From NCBI GenBank assembly GCA_051313645.2, contig JBNRSN020000190.1:558001-622000 (forward strand): DNA of 64,000 bases. Direction: 5' to 3'. The position numbers and the translations under genes are program-made. Of this stretch, positions 32,011-44,660 are shown in pieces; position 1 is the first letter of the stretch; the number at the start of each line of letters is the position of its first letter. This stretch comes from Centroscyllium fabricii. Its lineage: Eukaryota. The notes beneath the pieces are model-generated. The model did no database searches and was not told the DNA's origin. It saw nothing but the letters and a program-made list of their open reading frames with translations.

Positions 32011-35000
32011 GAGTAGAATGGCACATTTTGTGGCCATTTTAGTTCCCTTAGCGCCAGCCAATAAGTTACCAGATTCAATGATTCCAATCTCACAAGTTGC
32101 CATGGTGGGATTTGAACCCGTGACCTCTGGTCGCACTCCCACACTATAGGCAGAGGTCATAAGGTGCTACGTAAATGCAGGTCTGTCTGAGAGGCCATAA
32201 ATTAACATGCAGTATTCAGTCTGTTTATGTATGCGCATGTGTGTATATAATGGAGATTATAAAGGCCAATTGAAGGAATTCAGTTCAGCGTGGACATTCA
32301 GTCTTTCAACTAACCAACAGACAATTGATCAGAATGTGACAGGCCCGAGACATCAGTCATGGTCAGGCTTGGTGGGTGACTGACAGCCCGAGGCTACAGC
32401 CAGGTCTCCAGATGAACTTTGAATGACCTGACGTGCTCATTGTGTTGTGCTGATGCAAGGCCAACTCACCTCGAAGCCTGCGACACAGGCCGCCGTGACC
32501 TTTCTAGGGCCAGGTCAATCCAAGATGAACACAAGCTTGAGTTATTCCGCTCAACCATTGCCCTCTGCGGCTTTAACGTAGTGAAACATCCCAGGGTGCT
32601 TCACAGGAGCGATTATCAAACAAGAAATTTGACACTGAGCCACAGGAAGAGAGATTAGGACAGGTGACCAAAAGAGAGTCATGGGGTCAAGATTGGGTAG
32701 CGTCCCAAATGGGCCACCAGCGATCGGGAGTGCCGGAAAACAAGCACTCAAGATGAGAGTTGGGCTCACGGAGAGCAGCCGACACCCCGCGGGGGACTTC
32801 ACGGGGGCAGCAACGGGGGCAGGTGCTGGCAGGAAGCCTCCAACAAAAATGGCCGCCCGCCTCCTCCCCTTTAACTAGCGCCGCTCCGGCCACAGGTAGG
32901 CCACCCTGATCCCGGTGGACAAAGCATCGGCCGGTAAGTCGCGGGGGGGGCGTGAGTGGGGGTAAGTCGCTGGGACGTGAGCGGGGAGCTGCGCATGGCG
33001 ATGACATCATCGCCAGTGGTGCAGCGCCATGTGGCGCTAACGGTTAGCACCGCGCTAACCTCCCGCTGAATTTCACGGGTGCGCAAAAGTGGCGCCGTGT
33101 TCAGGCTCTACTTGATTTTCACCCCATAGGCGCCCCGTGGAGGCCAGCAAATTAGCGCTCGAGCACAGCGATTTTTGCGCCGCTTGCGAAATTGACCAGT
33201 CGTTTTGTGGTGGTGCTAAACACGACTGCCACGATCTCCTACGCCCACAGATTGCATTGTGGGAATTATCACACAGCATGGCAGAAGCCATCGTGGATAA
33301 TTAAAGTGAGCAGTGTGTTTAAACCTCTCTCTCTGGATTTGATTGAATATATTGAAGCACAGATACAACAGGCGGGTACCGAATTTTTCCCCCATAGAGT
33401 CAGAACGGCACAGGAGGTGGCCATTCGGCCCATCGAGCCCGTTCCGGCTCGCTCTGTAGAGCAATCCAGTCAGTCCCATCCCCCCGCTCTATCCCCGAAG
33501 CCCTGCAGGTTTATTTCCCTCATGCAAGAAGTCACACAACACCAAGTTATAGTCCAACAGTTTTATTTTAAATCACAAGCTTTCGGAGCGCAGCTCCTTC
33601 CACCACTTCTATTGGCAGCGAATTCCAGGTCCTCACCAGTCGCTGCGTAAAAAAGTTTCTGACGTAAGACATTAGAACTTAAGATGTAGGAGCAGGAGTC
33701 GGTCATTCAGCCCCTCGAGCCTGCTCTGCCATTCAATAAGATCATGGCTGATCCGATCTTGGCCTCAATCCACTTTCCTGCCCGCTCCCCATAACCCTCG
33801 ACTCCCTTATCGTGCAAAACTCTGTCCATCTCCACCTTAATTCAATGACCCAGCCCTCCACAGCTCTCTGGGGAAGAGGATTCCAATGATTCACGACCCT
33901 CAGAAGAAATTCTTCCTCATTTCCAATTTAAAAAGCTGTTGAGGCTGGGGGTCAACTGAAGCTTTCAAGACCTGAGATATTTGTGTTTGGTGTGGGTATC
34001 GAGGGATTTGGCTGTTTTGAGTTTACAGATTGTTTTACATTTGCAGCACAGAAAGATCTTGCGATGGACAGACACACATGTTGGTCACACATATTACCCC
34101 CGATTCTGTCACAATGCCAAGATGGGGCTGGAGCTGGATCATGGGGGGAGGGGTCCGTGAGGAGACAACCCCGAGGGGGCACTGTTCAAACCTGGCTCAG
34201 CTGAAGGCCTTATTTGGGATTGAAGGCATTATTAGGGATTGATGGCCTTTGTTGGGTTTGAAGGCCTTATTTGGGATTGAAGGCCTGATTGATGGCCTTT
34301 GTTGGGATTGAAGGCCTAATTTGGGATTGAAGGCCTAATTTGGAATTGAAGGCTTGATTGGGGATTGTACGGCCCCGCTATAAATATGAGGGCGGTTTCT
34401 GAGCAAGTATTACTGTACAGCAGGTGTGTTGAGCACAGCCCACCCCACACATGGAAGCTGGAGGTGTTCAGGATTGATGGGGCGGACAAGGGGGAAGGCA
34501 GCAGATTTGGAATTACTACTGGGAACAGAGAGGATGAGGGGAGATTGACTTTTCCCCAGCAGAGGGAGGTGCCAGCAGAAATCGGCAGTGATTCGACAGC
34601 TTCCATGTGTGGGCTGTGCTCAACACACCTGCTGTACAGTAATACTTGAAGGAACCAGCAGAATCTGCAGCAGCCAGCAGCAATCGGAGCAGGAACCAGC
34701 AGAGTCTGCAGGAACCAGGAGCAATCGGCAGCAGGAGAGCCATCAGAATCGGGTGCCCAGCTCAGCAGCGGCAGGAAGGCCGCGAAGCAGTACCCAGCCA
34801 GCAGAAGCATCGGATATCGGCTCGAGGTGGGGCCAGAACAACGGCAAACAGTCACACACCGGGGTCGAACGGGAGGATCCAGGGCGACGAAGCTGTGATG
34901 AACCTTTTGGTGTGGTTCACACTATGGTTTGTATATAGTTCTGTTTAATGTGTTTGTATATATCTTGTTATATATCTGTTAATGTCTTTACCTTTCTGTA

Positions 35001-35139
35001 AGGACCTGTACCGGCTGACCCCGCCTCTAAAGGAGAATGCTCCGCCCACTTATATCTCATTCCAGGCAGGGCATTAACATAATGGCAAGGGGCATTATGG
35101 GTAGGGTCAAAGTACATTACTTGAGGTTCCGGGTGACAG

Positions 35140-35780
35140 AAAACGAGAGGTGAGTATAGCGAGAGTAGTTTTGCCGTGTTCTCCATTCAACCACACAGGC
35201 GAACCAAGTGAACACTCTTATGTACTGTATGGAAGACGAAGCGGATGACGTTCTGAAAGGACTGAATCTATCCGATGCTCAACAACTACAGTATGACGCA
35301 GTAAGAGATGGATTTCTGGCATTCTTTGTGGTGAAGAAGAACGTGATTTATGAAAGAGCAGGTTTTAATATGAGGAAGCAAGGATGACCGCATTGGATAC
35401 CTTGGCTGAACACTGTAACTACGGAGCTTTGCACGATGAACTGATACAGGTTGGTTGTCGGGCTCGCGGACGGTGCGCGAAATAAGAAGTTTCCCTTCTA
35501 ATGTAATGTGTCATGCGTGTGGCAAGAATGGCCACTATAAGCGTGTGTGTGCATCCTCAAGTTGTGCACGAAGTACAAGAAGAAGAGGAGGACAGCAGCT
35601 TATTCCTGGGCACAGCGGCGGCAGGCGGAGATCCTTGGATGGTGAACCTGAAGATCAAAGACAGAAAGGTCAAATTTAAAATAGACACTGGCGCTGATGT
35701 GACTGTTATCCCTGACTGTGTTTAATACTGTATTCAAAGATGACATCCCAAAACTTCAACAAGCAAAGAGGAGCCCACTT
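35140..35780 (+). pseudogene. degenerate gag-protease fragment of an unrelated Gypsy lineage (partial paralogue 21543-21760 -)
   Basis: MYCMEDEADDVL...FFVVKKNVIYERAGFNMRKQ, CHACGKNGHYKRVC, KFKIDTGADVTVIP; many deletions. Confidence 0.85.
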
Positions 35781-37562
35781 TTTTTTTGACGTCAATTTCC
35801 TTTGAGAAAAAACGTCTTCGGGTGCTGCGTAGGGGTCTGGCTTTTGTTGGTGCGTGTCCAGCCACGCCCCCACAGATCCCTAATTTAAATAAGAAACGCC
35901 CCCCAGATCGCTAATTTAAATAACGAGATCCCGAGTCGGACCTTAGTGAGAGCAGGGAAGTGCGGAGCGACAGCAACAGACTCGCGGGGAGCAGCGCGGG
36001 GGCACAGCAGCAGCTCAGGAAGAAACGGAAGGTAAGTCAACCATTTTTTCCTCGTAGATTTTTTTAATTAGCTAGAGTTAAAAATTTCAGAAATGTAACT
36101 AAAAATTAGCGATTTGAAACAGGTAAATTAACTTAAAATCGGATTCGTTAAATTTTTTTTAAAACTTTAACTTAAAAATTTAATGCTACCGATCTGGCCA
36201 CACTACTCCCCAAAACTGTAAAAAATTTAAATTAAAGTTAAAAAATTAACTTACCTGCTTCAAAAACTAAATCTTCTCCCTCTTACTCCTGGTTTTTTCG
36301 TGGGCAGCTTGTGAGCCAGTTGCACACGGAATCACTCTAAAAATCACCCGTTCTGACAGGAAATTGTCAGAAAATTGGCAGTGCAAGGTCTTCCTGCGTT
36401 GGGAGCTGAAGGGCCTTGCCCATCAGCACAGGAAATTCCCGTTCGTGGGAATCCCCCATGCTGCACCCCCACGAGGCATTTCTGACCCCCCTTCGTGGGG
36501 GTGCAGCTCCTCTGGAGCACAGGAAAACAGGGCCCAATGTGTTTGTATATATCTTGTTGATCTGTTAGTCCACTTATCTCCCATTCCAGGCAGACTCATC
36601 GGGGACACGGAATTACTACTGGGAGCAGAGAGGATGAGGGGATATTGACTTTTCCCCAGCAGATGGAGGTGCCAGCGCCGAAAGAGACGCGCAAAGGCGG
36701 GAAGACTGGAAGACGCTGGAAGAGACGTGAAAAGGCGGGAAAAACCAAGGATGTTTGATACCACAATAAATTTATTGATTAGCAAACCTGAATCTTGTCC
36801 ATTGTGTACATTTACTTGTTTCATGATGCAATGAGTGGATGTGTGGTTGAAGGTTTAGTGCTAGATACTAGTATCAACTCTCTCCTTGTCACCAACAGCT
36901 TACATTCATTAAGAACATAAGAAATAGGAGTCGGCCATTCATAGATTTTTTCAGGTTGGCAGGCTGTGACTAGTGCAGGATGATTTGGACAGGGGTGATT
37001 GGGCGGGGTACTGATGAGTTTGGATGATCAGCCATGATCTCATTGAATGGCGGAGCAGGCTCGAGGGGCCGAATGGCTTATTCCTGCTATGTTTCCATGT
37101 TTCTATGATGGAGAGAGCTCGGTATTGAACCGGATGCTGATACATTTGGCACTCAGCAGCGTTCCGGCTGCGACTGATTGAGATAAAGCAAAACCACACA
37201 GCAATCATTCCGATACTCAACAATCAACCCACCTAGGCCCTCAGCTCCGGACCTCCCTCTCTAAACCTCTCCAATTCTTAGTCCCGCTTTAGAACTCCGA
37301 CCCCCCCTGCTACGACTCAACCCGGGACGGCAATGGGGGCAGATTCTGGCAGACGGCAGGCAACAGAAATGGCCGCCTGGCACCTCGCCTTTAATTAGCA
37401 CAGCCCCGGCCGCAGATAGGACCCCCCTGACCCTGTCCAACATAGCGTCCGGCGGAAAGTCAGGGGGTGCAACCCGTTAGCGTCCTCTTCCCCCCCTTGT
37501 AGTTTTAGGAGGACAGCAAATACCAGGAGCTGAGCACACTGAGGTCACGTGATCGCTTAGTT

Positions 37563-38280
37563 CGCCGCACTGTCAGAGGGGCAGTACTGAGGGAGCGCGG
37601 CACTGTCAGAGGGGCAGTACTGAGGGAGTGCTGCACTGTCGGAGGGGCAGTACTGAGGGAGCGCCGCACTGTCGGAGGGGCAGTACTGAGGGAGCGCCGC
37701 ACTGTCGGAGGGGCAGGACTGAGGGAGCGCGGCACTGTTGGAGGGACAGTACTGAGGGAGCGCGGCACTGTCAGAGGGGCAGTACTGAGGGAGTGCTGCA
37801 CTGTCGGAGGGGCAGTACTGAGGGAGTGCCGCACTATCGGAGGGGCAGTACTGAGGGAGTGCCGCACTGTCGGACGGGCAGTACTGAGGGAGCGCCGCAC
37901 TGTCGGAGGGGCAGTACTGAGGGAGCGCGGCACTGTCGGAGGGGCAGTACTGAGGGAGCGCGGCACTGTCGGAGGGGCAGTACTGAGGGAGCGCGGCACT
38001 GTCGGAGGGGCAGTACTGAGGGAGCGCGGCACTGTCGGAGGGGCAGTACTGAGTGAGTGCCGCACTGTCGGAGGGGCAATACTGAGAGAGCAGGGGGGAG
38101 TTCTCCCCGGTGTTCTGGGGCCAATATCCATCCTTCAACCAACATCGCGAAAACCAAATAATCTGCTCATTTTATCACGTTGCTGTTTGTGGGAGCTTGC
38201 TGTGCGTAAATTGGCTACTGCGTCTCCCACATTACAACAGTGACTGCACTTCAAAAAAGTACTTAATTGGCTGTAAATAG
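37563..38280 (+). mobile_element. Deu-domain SINE with 33-bp minisatellite (~15 units); left-arm paralogue 18690-18935 has ~2 units
   Basis: Same unit and same downstream SINE body. Confidence 0.8.
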
Positions 38281-38299
38281 GGACGGGATCGGACAGAGA

Positions 38300-39260
38300 G
38301 CCAGTAGATGTGGTGTACCTTGACTTCCAGAAAGCCTTCGATAAGATTAGCATGCAAAATTAAGGCTCATGGGATTGGGGGCAAAGTATTGACGTGGATA
38401 GAGAACTGGCTGGCAGATAGAAAACAGAGAGTTGGAATAAACGGCTCGTTTTCAGTGTGGCAGGCGGTGACTAGTGGGGTGCCGCAGGGATCTGTCCTGG
38501 GACCCCAGCTGTTCACAATATATATTAATGATCTGGACCAGGGAATTGGATGCAACATCTCCAAATTTGCAGACGACACTAAACTAGGAGGGGGTGTCGG
38601 CTCTGAAGGAGAGTGGGCAGATACATGGCAAATGCACTATAATGTGGATAAATGTGAGGTTATAGATTGGGAGATTGGGAAGTGCAGACAGACCTGGGTG
38701 TTCTTGTGCACCAGTCACTGAGGGCGAGCATGCAGGTGCAACAGGCAGTTAAGAAGGCAAATGGTATGTTGGCCTTCATATCAAGAGGGTTTGAGTATAG
38801 GAATAAGGATACCTTACTACAGCTGTACAAGGCACTGGTGAGACCACACCTTGAGTATTGTGTACAGTTTTGGTCGCCTCATCTGAGGAAGGATGTTCTT
38901 GCCATGGAAGGAGTGCAGCGGCGATTCACCAGGATGATACCTGGAATGGCAGGAATGACCTACGAGGACAGATTGTGCAGTTTGGGCTTGTACTCGCTGG
39001 AGTTTAGAAGATTGAGAGGGGATTTCATCGAAACATATAAAATTCTGACAGGCCTGGACAGGTTAAATTCAGAAAGGATGTTTCCAATGGTGGGGGAATC
39101 CAGAACCAGGGGCCACAGTCTAAGGATAAGGGGTAAACCATTTAGGACAGATATGAGGAAGAATTTCTTCACCCAGAGAGTGGTGAGCCTGTGGAATTCC
39201 TTGCCACAGAGGGCAGTGGAGGCCAGTTCATTGGATATATTTCTTCAGGCTACGGGGTAC
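38300..39260 (+). mobile_element. CR1 LINE ORF2 (RT) fragment, paralogue of 17705-18665
   Basis: Same peptides and shared internal deletions (e.g. GGGVGSEG|EWADTW). Confidence 0.93.
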
Positions 39261-40490
39261 TGAACTTGAAAGATCAGTGGGAAATCGGATGGGAAACCGG
39301 AGGGAAATGCACCTGATGGAGACTTTCCCATCAGCAGTTCCTGCCCCTCCCCTCCAGCCAGAAGATTCCTTCCTCTCTGCTTCTGCCTTCTTTGTTTGGA
39401 GCTTTGGGGTCACTGTCAGAGCACTTGCTCAGGTTAAACAGTCAAGACAGATTACAATGGGGCAGGGACTTTGTGCCTGGCTTGATTGATTGTCACGCGT
39501 GGGTGGGGTGCGGGGGACGGTGGTCATTGCAGGCTACTTAAATGTCACTACCTCAAGGTGCTACGTCATCTCCAGCATGACCCTCACCCCTCCCTATCTC
39601 TGTAACCTCCTCCAGTCCTACAACCCTCCCAGATCTCTGCGCTCCTCCAATTCTGGCCTCTTGCGCATCCCCGTTCCCTTAACTCCACCAATGGCGGCCG
39701 TGCATTCAGCTGCCTGGGCCACAAGCTCTGGAATTCCCCCCCTAAACCTGTCCGCCTCTCTCTCTGCCTTTAATATATATTAATGATCTGGACCAGGGAA
39801 TTGGATGCAACATCTCCAAATTTGCAGACGACACTAAACTAGGAGGGGGGGTCGGCTCTGAAGAGGATGTCGGGAAGCTCCAGTGCGATTTGGACAAGTT
39901 GGGGGAATGGGCAGATACATGGCAAATGCACTATACGAGGCGATCAATCACCCTCTGCATGTGGCTCACTCACCAGCTCCCGTTCAAAGCAACAGGCCCT
40001 GATCCAGCAATCAATCCTCCAAATAAACTCACCAGAACCACTTCAGTAATTACTATTTACAGCATAGAAACAGGCCACTCCACCATGCTTCGTGCCAGTG
40101 TTTCCTCCCACCCTCTTCATCTCACCCCATCACCATATCCTTCGATTCCTTTCTCCCCAGTGTGTTTATCCAGCTTCCCCTTAAATCCATCTACACTCTT
40201 CCCCTCGACCACTCCGTGGTGGCCAGTTCCCCATTCTCACCACTCTCTGGGTGAAGAAGTTTCTCCTGAATTCCCGACTGGATTTATTAGTGACGATCTT
40301 GTATTGATGACCCCAAGTTCTCCCCCACAAGTGGAAGCATCTTCTCTACGTCAACCCCATCAGGTCACCCCTCAGGCACTGGAGCTTCCCGACATCCTCT
40401 TCTGTTCATCCTGTCCCAATAACTAGAACCTCTCAGTTCTGGTATCTTTTTTCACCTTCTCCAGTACCTCTATATGCAGAAACACAGAAG

Positions 40491-41286
40491 ATTCAATTCA
40501 ATTCAATTCAATTCAATTTTATTGTCATTGCAGAGTACTAGTACAATACAACGAGACGAAGACTCGACTCTCCCGAGAGTAGTGCAAACAAAATAAATAA
40601 ATTACATGAAAATTGCATACAGTAAAGTTCATTATCAGGCGTACAGGTACCGGAGTTTCTTTTTAGAGTTCAGGAGGCTGACAGCCCTGGGGAAGAAGCT
40701 GTTCTGAAATCTAGTCGTGCGGGTGCAAATTGCTCTGTAGCGTCTCCCGGAGGGCAGAGGGGCGAACAGACTGTGGCTGGGGTGTGTGGGGTCTTTAATA
40801 ATGTTCATAGACCTCCGTAAGCAGCGTTTGAGGTAGATGCTTTCCATTGACGGTAGCTGTGTACCGGTAATTCGTTGGGCAGTTTTGACTACCCGCTGCA
40901 GGGTTTTCCGGTCCGAGATAGTGCAATTACCATACCAGACAGTGATGCAGCTTGTCAGTATGCTTTCTATTGTGCAGCGGTAGAAGTTGGAGAGGATGCC
41001 GGATGACAGCCTGGCTTTCTTCAGCTTCCTAAGGAAGTACAGGCGCTGTTGGGCCTTCTTAACCAGAGAGGAGGTGTTTAGTGACCAGGAGAGATCTTCC
41101 GAGATGTGGACCCCGAGGAACTTGAAGCTGGACACCCTTTCCACCTCAGACCCTTGGATGAAGATGGGGGTGTGTCTTCTGCTTCCAGTCCTCCGGAAGT
41201 CCACTATTATCTCCTTGGTTTTCTTGGTGTTCAGTGCCAGGTTGTTGTCGGCACACCAACCCACAAGGCGCTGGATCTCATCCCTG
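40491..41286 (-). mobile_element. 5'-truncated Rex1/Babar-type LINE, present only in the right arm
   Basis: WCADNNLALNTKKTKEIIVDFRR, KAQQRLYFLRKL, FYRCTIESILT, DPTHPSHSLF. AATAAA plus a (TTGAA)n tail at 40491-40519. Empty site at 16545-16555. Confidence 0.92.
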
Positions 41287-42834
41287 TAGGCGCAGGAGTA
41301 GGCCATTCGGCCCTTTGAGCCTGCTCCGCCACAGGAAACCCACACAAACACGGGAGCTCCTTATTGCGAGGCAGCAGTGCAACCTTCTTATAATATGGAG
41401 ACCAGAAGTGTGCACAGTGCTCCAAATGTGGTCTGACCGAGGTTTGATACAAAACTAGGGATGGCCAACACTTATTGCCCATCCCTAGTTGCCCTGAGAA
41501 GGTGGTGGTGAGTGATGTAATAAAGGAGATGGGTTTTACCATGCTCAGGCCCAGGCTCAGACCCCGGAACAGGACAGGCCCAGGCTCAGACCCCGGAGCA
41601 GGACAGGCCCAGGCCCAGGGCCCCGGAGCAGGACAGGCCCAGGCCCAGGGCCCCGGAGCAGGACAGGCCCAAGCCCAGGGCCCCGGAGCAGGACAGGCCC
41701 AGGCCCAGGGCCCCGGAGCAGGACAGGCCCAAGCCCAGGGCCCCGGAGCAGGACAGGCCCAGGCCCAGGGCCCCGGAGCAGTAGAGGCCCCGGAGCAGTA
41801 GAGGTCCAGGCCCAAGCCCAGGGCCCCGGAGCAGGACAGGCCCCGGCCGTGCTAATTAAAGGCGAGGTGCCAGGCGGCCATTTCTGTTGCCTGCCATCTG
41901 CCAGAATCTGCCCCCATTGCCGTCCCCGGCCTCCTCTGCAGCAACCCCCCACCCCGCCCGCAGAGTGCCAGCTGCGCTCCCTGAGCCTTGCACTCTGATC
42001 CGCGATGGTCCAGTAGCACGCCGCTTCTCTCCTGGGGCTCTAATGATGAATTTTGGCTGCGGGCGTGTTAATTTTCTCCTAGAAGTAGCGCCCCAGCGAA
42101 GTTAGCGTCCCAAAGCAGGTGCGACTCAATTTCTGTCCCCAAGGATCTACAATTTGACTGGTTCAGTACCTGCCACCAACTCACTGCAATTCATGTCCAA
42201 ACGGGCTCCGAGCACCACATTATTTAGCACTTTGCACGGCACTTCCTGTCCACCAAACTCACTCCGTCGTCACGGTTTTTGGTCACTCTTTTCGGTCATT
42301 TGCCATTGTGAATTGCTATGTCAACTTTTCCCATTGAATGTTGCTATGTCAATGGTCACGATGTAGCTGCCGGCTCAGGCCACTGGGCGGCGCAAAAGTC
42401 TCTCTCTCTCTCTTTCTCTCTGGGAAAACCCTCTGGCTAAAGTTCTCGCTCCCCCTTTTCTGCTCCTTGGCCTCCTCTCTCCCTCTCTGAGATTTGAACT
42501 CGGTTCATTGTTTCAATCCAATGAACATCTTTCCAAAAGTGTTTTATGTTTGGCACAGGTGTTCAGATCTCACATTTGTCAGACTGTGAATCGTGTCTTG
42601 TACTGTTGGAAAACCACCTGCTGTGGTTTAATTGGATTTCTTGTTAGAAATTTCTTACACCAATTAGAAAGTTGCATGAGATATTTGATGGGTCCGGGAA
42701 AGAGAACTTTTGAGCATGTCCCAGATGTTTGTGGCTTTGAAGTCCCACAGAGTTTGTGCGGAATGCCAGAAGATGTTTTATTACCATGTTTCCGAGCCGT
42801 GACATTTCCAACATTAATGGTCTTAGCCGTGACT

Positions 42835-43076
42835 CAGAGGGCAGCAGTACTGAGGGAGCGCTGCACTGTCGGAGGGGCAGTACTGAGGGAGTGCTGCACT
42901 GTCAGAGGGGTATAATTGAGGGAATGCTGCACTGTCGAAGGACCTGTCTTTCGGATGAGACATCTGCCCTCTCAGGTGGACGTAAAAGATCCCATGGCAC
43001 TATTTCAAAGAAGAGCAGGGGAGTTCGGCCCTGTGTCCTGGCCAATATTTATCATTGAACCAACATCACTGAAACA
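42835..43076 (+). mobile_element. Deu-domain SINE fragment with 3 units of the 33-bp repeat
   Basis: tctttcggatgagac..ctgccctctcaggtggacgtaaaagatcccatggcactatttc..gaagagcaggggagtt. Confidence 0.8.
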
Positions 43077-43614
43077 TATTGGGCCAGAATTTCAGGTGCC
43101 TCGCACCAGATGCCCACGCATGAACGGGTCCAAAATGCCCCGTGCGATGAACGCACAGGAGATGCCCACGGATCCGAGATTTCCGATGCTGAGGGAGAAG
43201 GGCCCTCAGCATCGCACGCAGGAGTGAGTTGCACCCAAGAATTCGGGTGCAAAAGGGTGAATTTGCTGCGTGATTCCGTGGGCAATGGAGCCTTGAGATG
43301 CACGTCAGAAAAGCTGTTTTGGGAGTAATGTGGCCAGATCGAGTCTGTGAGTGCAGCGCCTCACGTCCCTGCTCCCTAAAAGGTCCGACTCGGGATCTGT
43401 GGCCGTTTTTTAATTTAAATTTGTAATCTGTGCGCACGACGGCAGCGCATGAACTGAGCTCCTAGCGTGGCTGGACTGCCACGTTGCGCAGGAAGGGGGC
43501 GGAGCCGAGCCGAAATGCTGGGAGTAAAAAATGTGCGATGTTGGTGCGGGTCGAAAGGTGTCCGCAGGGTCCTAGTTCCGCACCAACCGGCAAACCCGAA
43601 ATTCTGGCCCAATA
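43077..43614. mobile_element. MITE with perfect terminal inverted repeats
   Basis: TATTGGGCCAGAATTTC (43077-43093) and GAAATTCTGGCCCAATA (43598-43614); the TIR/TSD boundary is ambiguous. Interior resembles 20390-21000 and 35930-36540. Confidence 0.85.
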
Positions 43615-44029
43615 TCTGGATGCTGTTGGTGAGGCAGAGGCCGCAGGTTTGTGAGGCGCTGTTGAAGTAACCTTGCCGAGTTGCTGCAGTGCATCCTGTA
43701 GATCGAACACTGTGGCCACGGTGCACTGGTGGTGGAGTGGGTGGAGCCTGGGTCTAGGGGCAGTGGCACACTTTAAGGGCACTGCTCAATCCTGGATGGT
43801 GTCGCAGTACCGGTTGAGCACCGGTAATCCGTTAACCGGAAAGCCGGCAGCTTCAGTCGTCCGGCATAAATTGCCCCGACTGCCCTGCGCATGCGCAAAA
43901 TGGCCACCGCAATTGATGCTTCGGCGAAAGATCTGTGCATGCGTCGCCGAACGGCGAGCGTATGTGCAGATCATTCACAATGGTCTCCGCGGGCCGGGCC
44001 TCCCGGAGTCGATCGTGGGCCAGGGGGCT

Positions 44030-44165
44030 CCGAGCCAATCGCGGGCCGGGGCCTCCCCGAGTCTCTCTGAGCCGATCGCGGGCCGAGCCTACACGAGTCT
44101 CTCCGAGCCGATCGCGGGCCGAGCCTACACGAGTCCCTCCGAGCCGATCGCGGGCCGGGCCTCCC
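44030..44165. repeat. ~36-bp tandem repeat x4
   Basis: gagccgatcgcgggccgagcctacacgagtctctcc and variants. Confidence 0.85.
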
Positions 44166-44334
44166 TGAATGATAAGCGCATGCGCAGACCACTCAAAATG
44201 GCCACCGGCCTTTCGCGGCGGCCATTTTGAATGGTCTGTGCATGCGCTCGCCGAAGCTTTAATCGTTCGGGATTTTCACTTTCCCGGCCCGGGCCTGGTC
44301 CCGCCCGTGCCGGATTAACGCTGCTCAATCTGTA

Positions 44335-44660
44335 ATGAATATTCCATCACACTCCTGACTTGTGCCTTGTAGATGGGGTAGAGGCTTTAAGAGGCTCCAA
44401 GCAATGGTGACCCCTCCGGATGTTGATGTCGGGGGACTCGGTGATGGTGGTGCCGTTGAATCTGAATGGAGAGGGGCTGGGTTTTCTCTTGTTGGACACT
44501 GTGCAATCATCAGTAAAACAACCTACTCCTGATGACGGAAGGACGGTCATTGATGAGGCAGCTGGTGATGGTTGGGCCAAGGACACATCTCTAAGCAACT
44601 GGTACAGTGATGTTTTGGGGACTGTGATGATTGGTCGCCGACAACCATGACCATTGTAGC
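44335..44660 (-). mobile_element. degenerate non-LTR RT fragment
   Basis: Minus-strand peptide FNGTTITESPDINI..GVTI resembling a LINE RT thumb region, with deletions. Confidence 0.45.

Larger units (their letters stand above)
32802..41925 (+). repeat. right arm of the large inverted segmental duplication
   Basis: See left arm. Same order of SINE, CR1, L2, minisatellite and gag fragments, with arm-specific indels. Confidence 0.93.

Noticed and set aside
32095-32150. tRNA-like B-box sequence (gggatttgaacccgtgacctctgg)
   Set aside because: No full cloverleaf; most likely a degraded SINE head on the minus strand.
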